Shown here piece after piece: positions 27,001 to 40,500 of a stretch of 64,000 bases of DNA. Numbering within the stretch: the first letter of the stretch is position 1; the number at the start of each line of letters is the position of its first letter. The DNA is from Lingula anatina (Eukaryota > Animalia > Brachiopoda): positions 51,128,788 through 51,192,787 of the forward strand of contig CM120640.1 of the NCBI GenBank assembly GCA_051362555.1, written 5' to 3'. The notes beneath the pieces were generated by a model. That model was given only the letters and a program-made list of their open reading frames with translations. It ran no database searches and was not told where the DNA came from. A program made the translations under genes and the position numbers.

Positions 27001-30000
27001 GCAGTGCAACTTTATGGAGTGCTATTATGGTTCGTTCTGATGAAATGATACAGACTGTAAGTTATTATGAATCTAGCCATTTGATTATTTTTTGGAATTT
27101 ATGGTACATAATGCTCATGTAGAAAAGATAACTTTAGAGGTATTTTTTAGGTTTCCAGAAACTTCTAAGAAATACAAGTATGAAAGTCTATAGGTATAGG
27201 GTCATTTCAGATAAAACGTAGCCTTATGTGAATAACAGTATTTGTCTAACAGTCTACTGTACGCAATTAATTGATAAAAGTTACCATCAATGTACTAAAA
27301 GATTACAAACCAATCATTGCCTGTGAGGAAGTAATGGTGACTTTCTAAAAGTGAATAAACAAACAGTACATAATATCGATGAGTAATATCACGCATCATA
27401 AATAGTGTATAAAACAGCAAATCAAACTTCGAAAGCGGGTCTAGGGGTGAAATGCAGTTAAAATTTGGACAGAGAGAGGACGCTTAAATCTTTACCCACT
27501 GATAGTTAGTAGTAGTTCTTTTGAGTTCAAGGTAAGAAAGGGGGGCTGGTGCAGAGAACCTTTGTTTATCTACCTGACTCGAGTAAATTTGTGCATTGTG
27601 AATTTATAAGTAGGCCTTTAGAAAAACTAGTCCATGTGCCATGTGATTTGTAACATAACACCACGCTGAAAGTGGGACAGTGCGCATGTGACTCCCGCGC
27701 ATGGGCGTGGATCATAATCCGGGTCGGCCCAACACCGCATGCAAAAGTGTGATAACCGGTTGGCCGGATGGTGTTATGGCTGAAGCAGACTAGGGATTTC
27801 ATTGCTTTCTTTTTGGTGACCTTATCGATAAGATAGAGAGTTTAGTCCCCAGTTTGATTTTTGCTGCACCTAGTGGCATTTGAAATCATAGATTAAGTCA
27901 GGAAGAAGTTTCAAACATCAATGAACTTAAGTGACACGAAAAGCATTTGAGGTATGCATAGGATTGAATAAAAATTTTGTGAATGGTTTACAAAAATTAA
28001 ACTACATCATGGATACACATTTGTAATGTGATAATCTAAATTTCTACATTGTAATCCTAAGCGTTATTCAGAGGAATGCCCATTTGCAGGGCAAAAAATG
28101 TCGTAAGGATAAGATCATTTCCTTGTTTGCACAGGGAAACTTGTCTGTCAGTAATATCCTTTGCTTTAAGCCAGCTGTTTGTACTGGTATCAATTACTCG
28201 AGGAAGGCAGAACTACCTCGTTTTTTCATCAGATAAAGTATATTGAGTAATTGGTCGACGCCCCTTTGTAATATCTTCGTTATTTCAGTGCACCATTAAA
28301 ATGTATAAGCCACATTTTTTATAAATACAGCACTCGCCTCTCTCTCATAGGTCACATTATCTCTAAGAAATCCAAAGTTCAATTACACATCGTCAATAGA
28401 AATTGATTTTACGGCCAGAGCGTATACATTGTTGCTCTGTTGAGTTTTGGAAGTTATACGGTACTATGATGTCGTAATTGGGGTTCAGTGTGACATAACC
28501 GTATACATAGATATGTTTTGATTCGACGCCCAATGTGCTAATTATAATCAATACTACACTTTGAATAAAGAGACTGATTTTATACAAAAATATTTGGATG
28601 CAGAGGGTGCAAAGCTTGATTGCCCCGTACCAAATGACCTGTATAGAGGTTCTCCATCCTTGTGTCCGTTGTGTTTGAAGTTATGTCATTTGTGCTGTAC
28701 TGTATACTGGTATCGGGTGTGCCTTACGTTGCGGTGACCACAATTGTTTGGGAGATAGTCTTTCACCCAAATAAAGGTTAAAAGTAATAGCAACGCGTAT
28801 TAAGCCACATTGTTATGAAATATGTATTCAAAATTGCAGGGACTGATTTTGGACGATTTTGGTACCCATCACGGACACTCCTGTAACTGTGTCTATACGT
28901 AGAGAAATATCTACAAATGCCGTCCATTAAATAAGATAAAAAACATACTTTTCAATCATTTGCATTACAAGCAATTTTTTCAAATCTGTTTCTGTTATAA
29001 GGGTCTGTCTTTGGGATTTAAAACGTCTAATTTGCTAATAGACCATTTAAGCTTCTTAAGGCATTTCTCCGTTTCAAAACCTAACGCACTTCAAGTAGTC
29101 GTTTTAGTTGATGAAAGAAAATGAAAAGTTCTGAATAAGTCAAATGGCACATGATATACTTTCAGCATTACTTGTAAAGCATACTTGTATTTTGTAGGAT
29201 ACTCGTATATTGTAGTAGTCCTTTCCAGTTATGCGTTGTCCGAACTTTGTTATATAAGATACGTAACATCTATGTTGCATGTAAAATGCACATATTCATT
29301 TGTTATACGGACGTGCAGCATATTGAGCACACATGTAACACATAAGTAAGGTCGAATATGCCTATACAATGAGTATTAATAAACGACCCGCTTATAGGTA
29401 ATTCGGTACTCGGGTCGACTAAATTAACCATAAACGTGCTGCATACCTTACCTCGAAAGATTTCCATTCAAACTGGTGTTGTCCTTATTGCAAACAATAG
29501 CAGAGCTTTGGGGCCGTCGGACAGTATCTCGCTATATGTGCGTACCTCACTGACCTCAATGAATATTGAAATATTTCTGTTAATTGAGTTGGCGAGAAAT
29601 TGAGAGTAATACTCTGCATTGCTAAATTAATGACATTTCATTTGACCCGCCTTCTCCATTCAACATTTGACCCTCCTTTGATCAACCTGCCAGTTAAGGT
29701 CTAGTTTTGTTTAGATGCTAATGACAAGCACGCAGGTTATATTCTTATTACACGACCTGTTTCCAACATAAGTTATATCTGTATAAGGTATTAAAGTTTG
29801 TCTTCGATCAAGTGTTTTACACCCTATGGTGATAGCCTAGAATCAGTGGTAGTGATTATAATCTGTATAAATACATTTCGAAAAACGTTAAGAAATTAAG
29901 GCTTGCCAAATTTCAATTTTTTTATTCATGTATAGTTAATAAGAAAAGTATACCCTTGTCTGAAAAACGGATTCATTTAAATAATGAGTGAACATTCAAT

Positions 30001-31216
30001 ATTTTCGTGTCTATTTCATACCACACAGGTATTAGTAAGTGACCTAATATTCTTTTTTAATGAGATAGAGGAACGATGCAGATATTGTACAATATTTAAA
30101 GAAAAACGAAGCGCTTGTGCTATATTTATACTCGTTTGCACTTGACAATTGACATACAATGGAATAAAAGAATTAAATGTTGTGCGAATATGGGTCTTGC
30201 GGGAAATAAATAAATGTCAAAATCGATCTTAATCCGCTTTAAGAATTTTCCCTCTGTCTTTAACGATAAGCCAATATACTACAATGCTGGATAGTTTTAC
30301 AAAATGCTATAGGTAAGCGAACCAAGTGTGCACGTTGTGATACAATGGAACTGCTTTCTTTATTTGCTCTTTGTTGCTCTCCCCCACATCTCTGCACATG
30401 CGCAGATCGTCGAGGAAATATAGGCGTGGTCGCTCCCAAACAACTACCTCTCAATATTTCAGTGAGGCTTGGCAGAGTTTCCAAATTGTTTGAAAGATCG
30501 CTGCTAATAAAATATACTTGTTTTGACAGGTTCCTTTTTTATCATTCTTCTTACCCATTTAACCAAATATCCATTTGCTGACAGAATGCAAAATAAATAG
30601 AATTCAGAGAGATAGGACTTTCTGTGATAGCTTGGCCAACTTGACTCATCGGTCAATGAATGACTGGCCCCACCGTACGAGTTGAACAGTTGCTAGGTGG
30701 ACTGTTATTATAGCAATATTCGTCATTTTACAATTCGTGACAAAAAATTGACTCACCTCACTGAATGTGGGTTGAAAGACGCCCTTGAGATTAAGCACAA
30801 GTCTATGGAATGCTTTTGGGGGGGGGGGGGGGTGTAAAGCCAAAAGCAAACGCTGCTATTTACTAGAAACTTGGCATTTATATCAAAATGTTCAAACTCT
30901 TTGTGAGACTTGTTTTCATTGTTCATTCTTTCTTAATCGAAATTTTTATCAAATTTTCAATTAGCAGTTTGGAGAGAGTTATTCGAAAAATAAACTAACA
31001 AACAGAAAAGACGTGTTGTGTTAGCCAGGGTTTATACCAACGACTGGACAGTGAGTGACTGGCCAATCTATGCGGGATGTTTAGTTGCTGGGTGGGTTGT
31101 GATTTTCACAATATTAGTCAGCTTCATTATTCTTTGCAAAATTTATTTTGACTCACGAGAGCACTTTGCATTGAATGAGGGTTGAAGCACACCTAAAACA
31201 GCGTGTTGTAAAATTT

Positions 31217-31218
<2 letters not shown>

Positions 31219-31254
<36 letters not shown>
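31219..31254. repeat. (GA)n microsatellite
   Basis: Direct observation. Confidence 0.95.
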
Positions 31255-31258
<4 letters not shown>

Positions 31259-32528
31259 AAAACATACCACTTACTGGCCAAAATACTCAAAGCTTAACAT
31301 TGATTTATACATTTACGCTTTCAACACGCTATTTTTTCTACAGGACAGCTGCATGTACATGCATTTCTATTTAATTTTGCTTTATATAGGTGCAAAATTT
31401 GAGAGGGGTTGTTTATTTTTCATTCAACAAATGATGCACCATGTCTTTTACAGACATGTCGCTACAAGCTATTTGATCGGAAAATGTTAGTCTAAGGAGT
31501 ACTTTACTTTACTACTTATTTAAACCATCATTAACGCTAGGTTTATATACATCGTAGCGCAAACGAACATGCACTATCATAAGCAATTAAACAATAAATT
31601 AGATATCTGCTATACTTAATTATCATGCCTATCAAAGCTGCACAATACACCAACGTGCGTTCTTCTCACGCGACCATTTCACATTGATACTACTCATCAA
31701 GAGGTTTGTATACTTGCACATAGCCCACAGGGGTGTGGTCAGAAGTAGCAGTAGCACGGTAGGTTGTTATTGCTTAATTGCTTACGATAGTAAATCGTAG
31801 ACAAAAACGAAGAGCAAGTAAAATGGACAAAGTTAAGCGAACAAGCTGAATACTTTTGAAAGCCTTTGCAATGAATGAATGAATTCAAAAGGTTGAAGAT
31901 TGTAATAAGATTGTTTTCAACTAGCGCATTCCAGATTTAAGCAATCATTTTCTGGGCAAGATATTATTCTTGGTTGTTTGCTAGAACCACCTAAATGAAT
32001 TACACCACATTCAAAATAGAAAAAAGACATTTGTTGATTATTCGTTTGGTTAAGCGTATCTTGTATTTTTATGGCGATGCGACATCAGTCCAAGTTACTC
32101 CTGACAAATGCCCGAGATATGGTAACAGGATTATGCTGATGGAGGAAAATATATGTATTATAAAATTAGTTATATCAAATTGTGTCTCTCCTTTTTTTTC
32201 AAAATTTGCAGTTAAGTGAATTTTAAAAAAAATTCCTAGTCAACTAAAGACAAAATCTTAGCTAAGAGGCCCGCCTTAGATATTTCGTTTCAGCATTTTC
32301 TTCTAGTCAGTCGTTTGAAATAAAAATTATAAAATACAATGATAAAATGGTGTATCATTTTATCATTTTTTAGTCTTCACAAATTCCTAGTGGACACACA
32401 AGATTCAAAATGATTTTTAACTATCTCCGATGAAAAAGGCTGGAATTTGTTTCACAGATGACTTGGGAGTGGTTAAATGCTGCTGGAACACCATGGATAA
32501 TGTCCCCTTTATGTACTTGGCTATTTAA

Positions 32529-32868
32529 AGGGATAATAACTCTTCGTTTCGGCCAAAAAATGGATTTTCCTGGAGTAAACAACAATTTTCCCATACTTAC
32601 TAATGGTCAATGAATCCATTTCTACATTCAAAGTAAGTCCCTGTTTTTTTCTAAAAAATTTGTTTTTTTGTTAAAATCTCTTAAGAGATTTTAACAGAGA
32701 ATAGCCATCAATGGAGGTCACGTGGTCTAAAGACAATCTCAGATATCAGAATAATACATAGCTATAACTGCCGTTTTTGTGGTAAAACAGAATTTATTAT
32801 ATTTCTATGAGTTATCAACAATGTTTTTATTGTGAATTATAGATCTCATACGAAGAGTTATTATCCCT
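32529..32868. mobile_element. MITE with TTAA target-site duplication (Kolobok-like)
   Basis: Perfect 19-bp TIRs AGGGATAATAACTCTTCGT (32529-32547) and ACGAAGAGTTATTATCCCT (32850-32868), with TTAA on both flanks (32525-32528, 32869-32872). AGG termini plus TTAA TSD are characteristic of Kolobok. Confidence 0.85.
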
Positions 32869-33449
32869 TTAAGTGCGCTAATGTAGGAGTGGTGTTAATT
32901 TGTCTTTCTTTGAAAAAAAACATATATCATTGGACATATGCTGTGGTTTCATTATCATGCACTTTGTGAGCAACTGAAATCTATATAGTAATCGGTAAAT
33001 CGGAAGATTGTGAAGTTAGCAGAAAATGGATGAAGTTACATGTAAATCATTTAGTGCTGAAAGCGTATTTCAATAAGGTATTTTTTGTTAGAACTTTAAA
33101 ATTTGATGAGGGGTGTAGGGTGTAGAGCCGCATACATAGCAAAACATGACGTAGCAGTTTGGGAGTTAAAAATTGATATCACTTGTCATGTCAAGTTTAT
33201 TGTGTCGACTGATAACCACAGTTAATAAAGTGCTTTAAAACTAGTCTGAAAATATCTCTTCATCTCGAAAGATGGCAAGGAAAATGTAATTTAATTGACA
33301 AATTTATCCTAGGGAAACATTTATGCATATTTTAAGTTCATGTCCGTCTCATATGAAACTTTAAAAGAAATCAGTATCAAAGGTTGATGTTCAATAAAAC
33401 TGAACTGGCAAGCAATTTATAACGGAGAGCTTTTAAGTAAGCAACACTA

Positions 33450-33942
33450 GTTTTTAAATCGTTAAATGGACTTTCACCAAAATACATAAGGTATTACAAA
33501 CAGAGGCACTTCAGGCAGAATTACCCATCACCGATCAAGTACTAAATTTTACCAATCGGCAGACATAAAGACATATCAACTGTTGGTCCAATATGGTCTT
33601 CAGTTGAAATATGGAACTGCCTTAACTCTGGAATTTAAAAAAACTCCGAAGACTTGGATACTTTTTAAAAAATCGTTTTTAAAATATCAAAAGTCAATTT
33701 TTATGTATAAACTTATTAATTTATGTAGCTTTAAGATTTTTACTAACATATTGTCTATTTACTTCATTGTTATTACTATTATTACGTTTAAGTTGATTCA
33801 GTTTTACTTTATTGTTATTTAATTTAATTCAATTTATTATTTATCTTTTATTCATTAACACACTATTTCATTCTAACCCCTCAGAGGGCCATGTGTAAGA
33901 TAAGTGTATACACTTACCATGTTTTACCCTCTTTAAATAAAA

Positions 33943-33989
<47 letters not shown>
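33450..33989 (+). mobile_element. 5'-truncated non-LTR retrotransposon (CR1/L2-like) 3' end
   Basis: Frameshifted remnant resembling a LINE ORF2 C-terminus (VEIWNCL...SEDLDT(F)KK at ~33603-33673), AT-rich 3' UTR, short palindromic stretch (taagtgtatacactta), AATAAA at ~33936 and an (ATT)n tail at 33942-33989. The 5' boundary is approximate. Confidence 0.5.
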
Positions 33990-33990
<1 letters not shown>

Positions 33991-34100
33991 AGCACAATCT
34001 GATTGTTAATTATGATTGTGCCTTAATGATTTCAGTAAGCCAGACATAAAATATCAACATATGTATTTATATTAAATGTTCCTTTTTTACATTTCAGGCC

Positions 34101-34489
34101 ATGAAGTTACTACTACTTGCAGCAGTGCTGTTGGCAGTGGCGGCCCACGCTAGCCAGGCCAGCATCATAAGCGGCAACGAAGATATTCTAATCTATAATG
34201 ATAAACTGTTAAATCAAGACATCGAGGGTAAGTTATTTTTACACATGTATACAGATAGTATTGTTCTACAGAATCAGTTTATTGTATTGGAGCTGATTTT
34301 GAAGCAGGCCAGGCGTTACATAACATCTTTTTGCTGTGCATAAATGACATGTTTAGCTGATATATGTGCATATTTGTTTTGAACAAGTCGATTTTATTAT
34401 TCCAGAAATGAAGGAGCATATCCGAAGGAAGAGACAGACAACAACGAGTAGGAAAATACTGCTTTGAACGTCCTCCAACTGCCCCTACA

Positions 34490-34574
<85 letters not shown>

Positions 34575-37500
34575 AACACATACAGGGAAAAGGGGATATT
34601 TTATCCAGCCTTTCATCAATCATTTGTCATTCCATTTAATCATTTATCTATACAATAATTCATTATAAGTTTGTAGACATATTTTCATTGCCATTTTCAG
34701 TGCTCTTTCTGCATTGTAAATATTTTTTTCAGTCCAAAGACAAAATTCTGGTGGACGCCGCTTCCTGCTAATGTTCATGGAAAATCGAGTGGAATCAAAT
34801 ACGAATCCACCTCAAGACATTTTCCTCACACCCGCTAGAGATGCTACCAGTTTAGTTTCTGTCAATATCACAAACATTTTCGACACTTCATACAACCAAG
34901 TTATAACTTTAGTTCGTAATCAAGTTGTCTCGATAACTGTTGGGGCAAACGTTCGCATGATGAGCGGGAATATTATAGAAAACAAGGCAATTCTAATCGA
35001 GTCTACAGAAGACATCGTTGTTTACGGTGTAAACAGAGAAGCTTTTTCAGTCGACGGTTTCTTAGTCTATCCGATCGAAGCCATTGGATCGTCGTATTAT
35101 ACCGTAAGCTACACCCCAGCCACTACCAGGACAGAAATCGGCATTGCTTCTGTGTACGACAATACCCCTGTTCGCGTCACTCTACCGAACCGGGCTCTGT
35201 CTGTACAATGGGCAGGAACAACTTATGGCGCAAATGGAGTCATTGAATTCACTCTGAACAGTATGCAGACCGCTCTCATTCAGTCAGATACAGACGGCGA
35301 TCTCACAGGAACCAGAGTTGAAGTTACCGTTGCTTTAGTGAACGGCCAAATGCCTAAGCTCGCAGTATTTAGTGGGAATGTCCGCACAGCCGTGAAGCCC
35401 GTGACCAACAACCCTTCACGAGATCATCTGGTGGAGATGATACCGCCCATATCCTCGCTCGGAAGACGTTGGTGCTACGTGCCTATACCAAACAGAACAA
35501 CTGGAGATGTCGTTCGTATAGTTGCAAGCGAGTCTGGTGTTACAGAGCTAACCGTCGTTGATGACACAGGTTCTAGGTTTTATTCCATAGTTGGAGCCGG
35601 AAGTTACACTGAGCTAAATATTTTTAAGTACTCCTATCTGTACACAAATAAGCCCGCCCTTGTAGCCCAGTTTGTAATCAGTCAACTAACAAGTCAATCG
35701 CCTGAAGAAGCCGATCCTTCGATGATCATAGTTCCACCAATTGAGCAGTATGACAATGACTATCATTTTGCAACCCCAACTGGTGTAGCAAGTGCCTACA
35801 CTAATTATTTCTTACTGGTCATCCAGAATGCATCCAGAAGCGGAGTCTTGCTTGATGGTCAACCTGTTGCTAATGTTCAGTGGACCGACATCCCTGGCAC
35901 CATATATGTAGGAGGATATTTCACTGTTTCTGATGGAGCCCACAATATTAGCCACCCTGTTGCTGGTATTGACTTCATGGGTATCCTTTACGGCGCAGGT
36001 GATCGTGAGAGTTATGGTTTACCTATTGGAATGAGACTTGAAGAGATAAATGTTATTGTAAGTACTTATAACCTTTTCAAGTAAACGTGAACATAGGTTT
36101 TATAATTATTTTCACAAGCAATTCTATCTTAAAGAAAGATACATATTCAAAACTATTTAAGTAAAAATTTGAATCAAGCGTTATATATTTTCTGCTTGGA
36201 TGAAAGGATGCCCATTTTTTTTCTAATAGATGTTCCTTGTTTAATCATACAACCGCTTTAATTGTCTGAATTATTAATCATTTGATTTTCGACTTTCCTT
36301 TTTTAGCCTACAAGCCCCCCAGGTAAGTGAACTAAGAACACAACAAACTGTAACATTACTTAAATTGTGTTAATAACCAGATAATATTGTTATATCTAAA
36401 ACTGATTGACTTTTTATAATATTTTAATGTTATTGGTTGTTAAAGAAAGACCAAGGCAATATTTATTTTGAATACTTCCAGGTCCTCCAGGTCCAACAGG
36501 GCCAACTGGACCTGCCGGCCCAAAGGGTTCTCCAGGGGTAACTGGTCCTACTGGTCCAGTTGGGCCCACTGGTGCCATAGGCCCAAAAGGAGATGTTGGT
36601 CCTCAAGGTCCACAAGGCATCACGGGCAACACCGGTCCCCTGGGGCCCACAGGACCAAATGGCCCCATGGGTCCACAGGGTGATCCTGGATTCAATGGAG
36701 CTAAAGGTGACCAAGGTGCACAGGGTCCAACAGGTCTACAGGGTGTAGCTGGCCCTCAAGGGGATACGGGTCCAACAGGACCACAAGGTATCCAAGGGGT
36801 CCAAGGACCAACTGGTGCTGCTGGACAAAAGGGAGAGGTGGGTGCACAGGGACCAACTGGCTCTGAAGGACCACAAGGTGTACAAGGTCAGTCAGGTATC
36901 ACAGGAGCGACAGGACCTCAGGGGTTACCAGGTGCCCCAGGCTCATCAGGACCAACAGGGCCCCAGGGTTCTACTGGGGCTGTTGGAGCCACGGGCGCTA
37001 TTGGTCCAACAGGACCTGCGGGTGCTAAGGGCGAACAAGGAAATATAGGTCAAAAGGGAGCCCTTGGTAGCACAGGTCCAACAGGTCCAGTGGGAGCTAC
37101 AGGGATCCAGGGAAATGTAGGTCCAAGTGGGCCTACTGGCGCACAAGGTGTAATTGGTCCACCTGGTCCAACCGGCAGTAGAGGAGAAACAGGTACCACA
37201 GGTCTTCAAGGCCCAATAGGTCCACAAGGTCCCACAGGATCCAAAGGTGACCAAGGAGTAACAGGCGCTGTTGGAGCAACAGGAGCTACAGGACAAAAGG
37301 GAGAACAAGGAAATGTTGGTCCATCAGGGCCACAGGGTCCAACTGGTCAAGCTGGTGCTGTAGGGCAAACAGGAGTAAAAGGTAATGTTGGCGCAACAGG
37401 TGCAGTGGGACCAAATGGAGCAACTGGACAAAAGGGCAGTCAAGGTAACACTGGACCACAAGGTAATGTTGGCGCAACTGGATCTCAGGGCGCATCAGGG

Positions 37501-40500
37501 CCGACGGGAGCGACTGGCCCTACAGGTGCCCAAGGAGCAGTTGGCCCCACTGGAGCAACTGGTGTAGCAGGTGCAACAGGAACCAAAGGATCAAAAGGAG
37601 AAGTGGGAGCAACTGGCACACAGGGCGTGGCGGGACTAACTGGTCAGAAAGGTGAAATTGGTAATAAAGGTGATAAAGGGAATGTTGGCGCCATTGGCCC
37701 AACTGGTCCACAAGGTGCCATTGGTGTGTCAGGCGTCCAAGGACCAACTGGCAGTAAGGGCGATATAGGAGCTAGTGGACCGACTGGAGCAATAGGCCAA
37801 AAGGGAGCATTGGGTGAGAAAGGGAATGTTGGTCAGAAAGGCGACCAGGGAGCCATTGGTCCCACTGGAGCTACAGGAAACACTGGTCCACAGGGTACAC
37901 AAGGTGTGAGCGGTCCAACTGGTGCAACAGGAAGCAAAGGTGAAGTAGGGGCAAAAGGAGTACAGGGTAATTCTGGGGCAAATGGACCAACTGGAGCCAC
38001 CGGTGCAGTAGGAGCCACAGGGCAAAAAGGACAACAGGGAGTGTCTGGAGCTGTTGGGCCGACGGGTGCTACTGGAGCTACTGGACTTAAAGGAAATGTA
38101 GGAGCTACGGGAGCCCAAGGTTTCACAGGCGCAGTAGGCCCTACTGGTGCAACGGGAGCAAAGGGAGCCATAGGAGACCAGGGCCCAGTGGGAGCGACTG
38201 GTGCCGTTGGGCCTCAGGGCAATACTGGACCTGTTGGAGCTAAGGGACAAAAAGGTACTGTGGGACAGAAAGGAGAGCAGGGCATCCAAGGTGTGTCTGG
38301 TGTCTCAGGTCAACAAGGGGCAGTTGGTGCAACGGGAGCACAAGGAAGCTCTGGCCCGACTGGAGCCACTGGGATAACGGGTGCAAAGGGAAACGTTGGT
38401 GCTGTGGGACCAACTGGGGCTCAAGGGCTTGCTGGTGCAAGCGGACCTACCGGAGCAAAGGGAAATGTGGGTGCAACGGGTGCAGTGGGTGCAACGGGAG
38501 TAGCAGGAGCATCTGGACCGACTGGGGCGACTGGTCAAAAAGGTGATCAAGGCAACGTAGGTCCAACTGGTGCAACTGGAGCCCAAGGAGCCACTGGTCA
38601 GAAAGGTGCTCAGGGTAACCAGGGGGTTTCCGGTGCACAAGGTCCACAAGGTAATGTCTGATGTTATATGAAACATTTGCTGTCAGTGCATCCTTCTTTT
38701 TCCACTTTTTAGTGATATTTTTATTTGTACCAATTTGAAATACAAATGTTAAAAGTACATACAGATATCCATGTTAAGGAAATGGGAATAAAAAGCTGTA
38801 TATAGCACTTTTTTAACATATGTATAAAAAGTTCGTATATTCGTTTCGTTTACAAGCAATAGACAATTTGCACATTTTATTCATTGAATTGGCAGGTGTT
38901 ACTGGTGCGACTGGTCCACAGGGTGCCCAAGGTCTCACGGGAGCAATAGGTCCACAAGGATCAACAGGTCCTCAAGGACCAACAGGTGTAACTGGATTAC
39001 AGGGTGCGTCTGGAGTGACTGGAGCAACTGGGCCAACTGGACAAAAAGGCACAAAAGGAGCCCAAGGTGTATCAGGTGTAGCAGGTCCAACCGGCGCAAC
39101 TGGACAAAAGGGCTCTGTAGGTGCTGTAGGTCCAACAGGGGCACAAGGAATCCAAGGGGTCAGCGGTGCTAATGGACCGACAGGAGCTACAGGTACGGAA
39201 TTCTTCGTATATATGCAGAGCAGTTAAATTGGTTATGAGAGAGAGGGGGAGGAGAATCAGGGTACATAATAAGCAGTGCTTTTTATGAACACGATTTCCG
39301 TGACATTGATTATAGAGAGAACAGGACTTGTAGTTAAACACTTTACTCCATTAATTCAAACATTTTAATTTTACAGGCCCAACAGGTCAGAAGGGTGAAC
39401 AAGGAATACAAGGAAACTCTGGTGCTGTAGGACCAACTGGTAGCACAGGTCCACAGGGTAACGTTGGTCCAACTGGAGCTACCGGTGCAACTGGCGCTCA
39501 GGGTCAATCAGGTTTACAGGGTCCTACTGGTAACACAGGGGGTACTGGGCCAACAGGAGCCATTGGTGCCACAGGGAGCAAAGGGCAAAAAGGAGTGCAA
39601 GGAGCATCTGGAATAGCTGGACCTACGGGTGCAGTTGGCTCTAAAGGACAGAAGGGAGATGTCGGGGCTGTTGGAGCTAAAGGAGCACAGGGTATACAAG
39701 GTGTTAGTGGCAATATTGGTCCCACAGGGGCAACTGGTCCTCAAGGACAGAAAGGTGAAGTTGGAAACCAGGGAGCATCGGGTGCAGTTGGAGCAAAAGG
39801 TCAGAAAGGAGCGTTGGGAGCGACCGGAGCTGTTGGTGCCACTGGAGCTACTGGTCCACAGGGCCAGACAGGAGATAAAGGAGCCCAGGGAGTTTCTGGA
39901 GTTCGAGGTTTAACTGGTCCTACCGGCGCCACTGGTGCAACTGGTGTCCAAGGCCAATCCGGAGCAGCTGGGCCCACAGGAAGCACAGGAGCTACGGGAC
40001 CAGTTGGAGCTACTGGCCCCAAAGGTAACTTGACTCAAATATTTTTCAGTGTCTCTAAACTTTGATTCTGGATACTGCTTAAAATATTTTAATGTGTGAG
40101 GAAACCTACGGATACAAAAAAATAGGGTGTAACTTAACTGGAGGTGCAACTTAACTTCTTTTAGGTGAAATCAACTGCATTGTGTTCATTAATTAATAAC
40201 AGTTAGCCTTTAACACACACACATACACACACATTTTTGTTTAATTCTATTAAAACGTGTTTGTTTGTTTAGGTGAAGTTGGGCAGAAAGGATCACAAGG
40301 AATACAGGGTATCAGTGGAGCAAATGGGCCAACTGGAGCTACTGGGCCTCAAGGTCAAAAAGGTCAGAAAGGTATACAAGGGGTATCTGGTATTGCAGGA
40401 CCAACAGGAGCTACTGGTCCTCAAGGCCAGAAGGGGGAGCAGGGTATACAGGGTGTTTCAGGAGCAAATGGACCCACTGGAGCCACAGGTCCGCAAGGCC

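Noticed and set aside
21167-32219. Short ORFs across the A-B intergenic region
   Set aside because: Random-looking composition; no coherent exon chain or recognisable domain.
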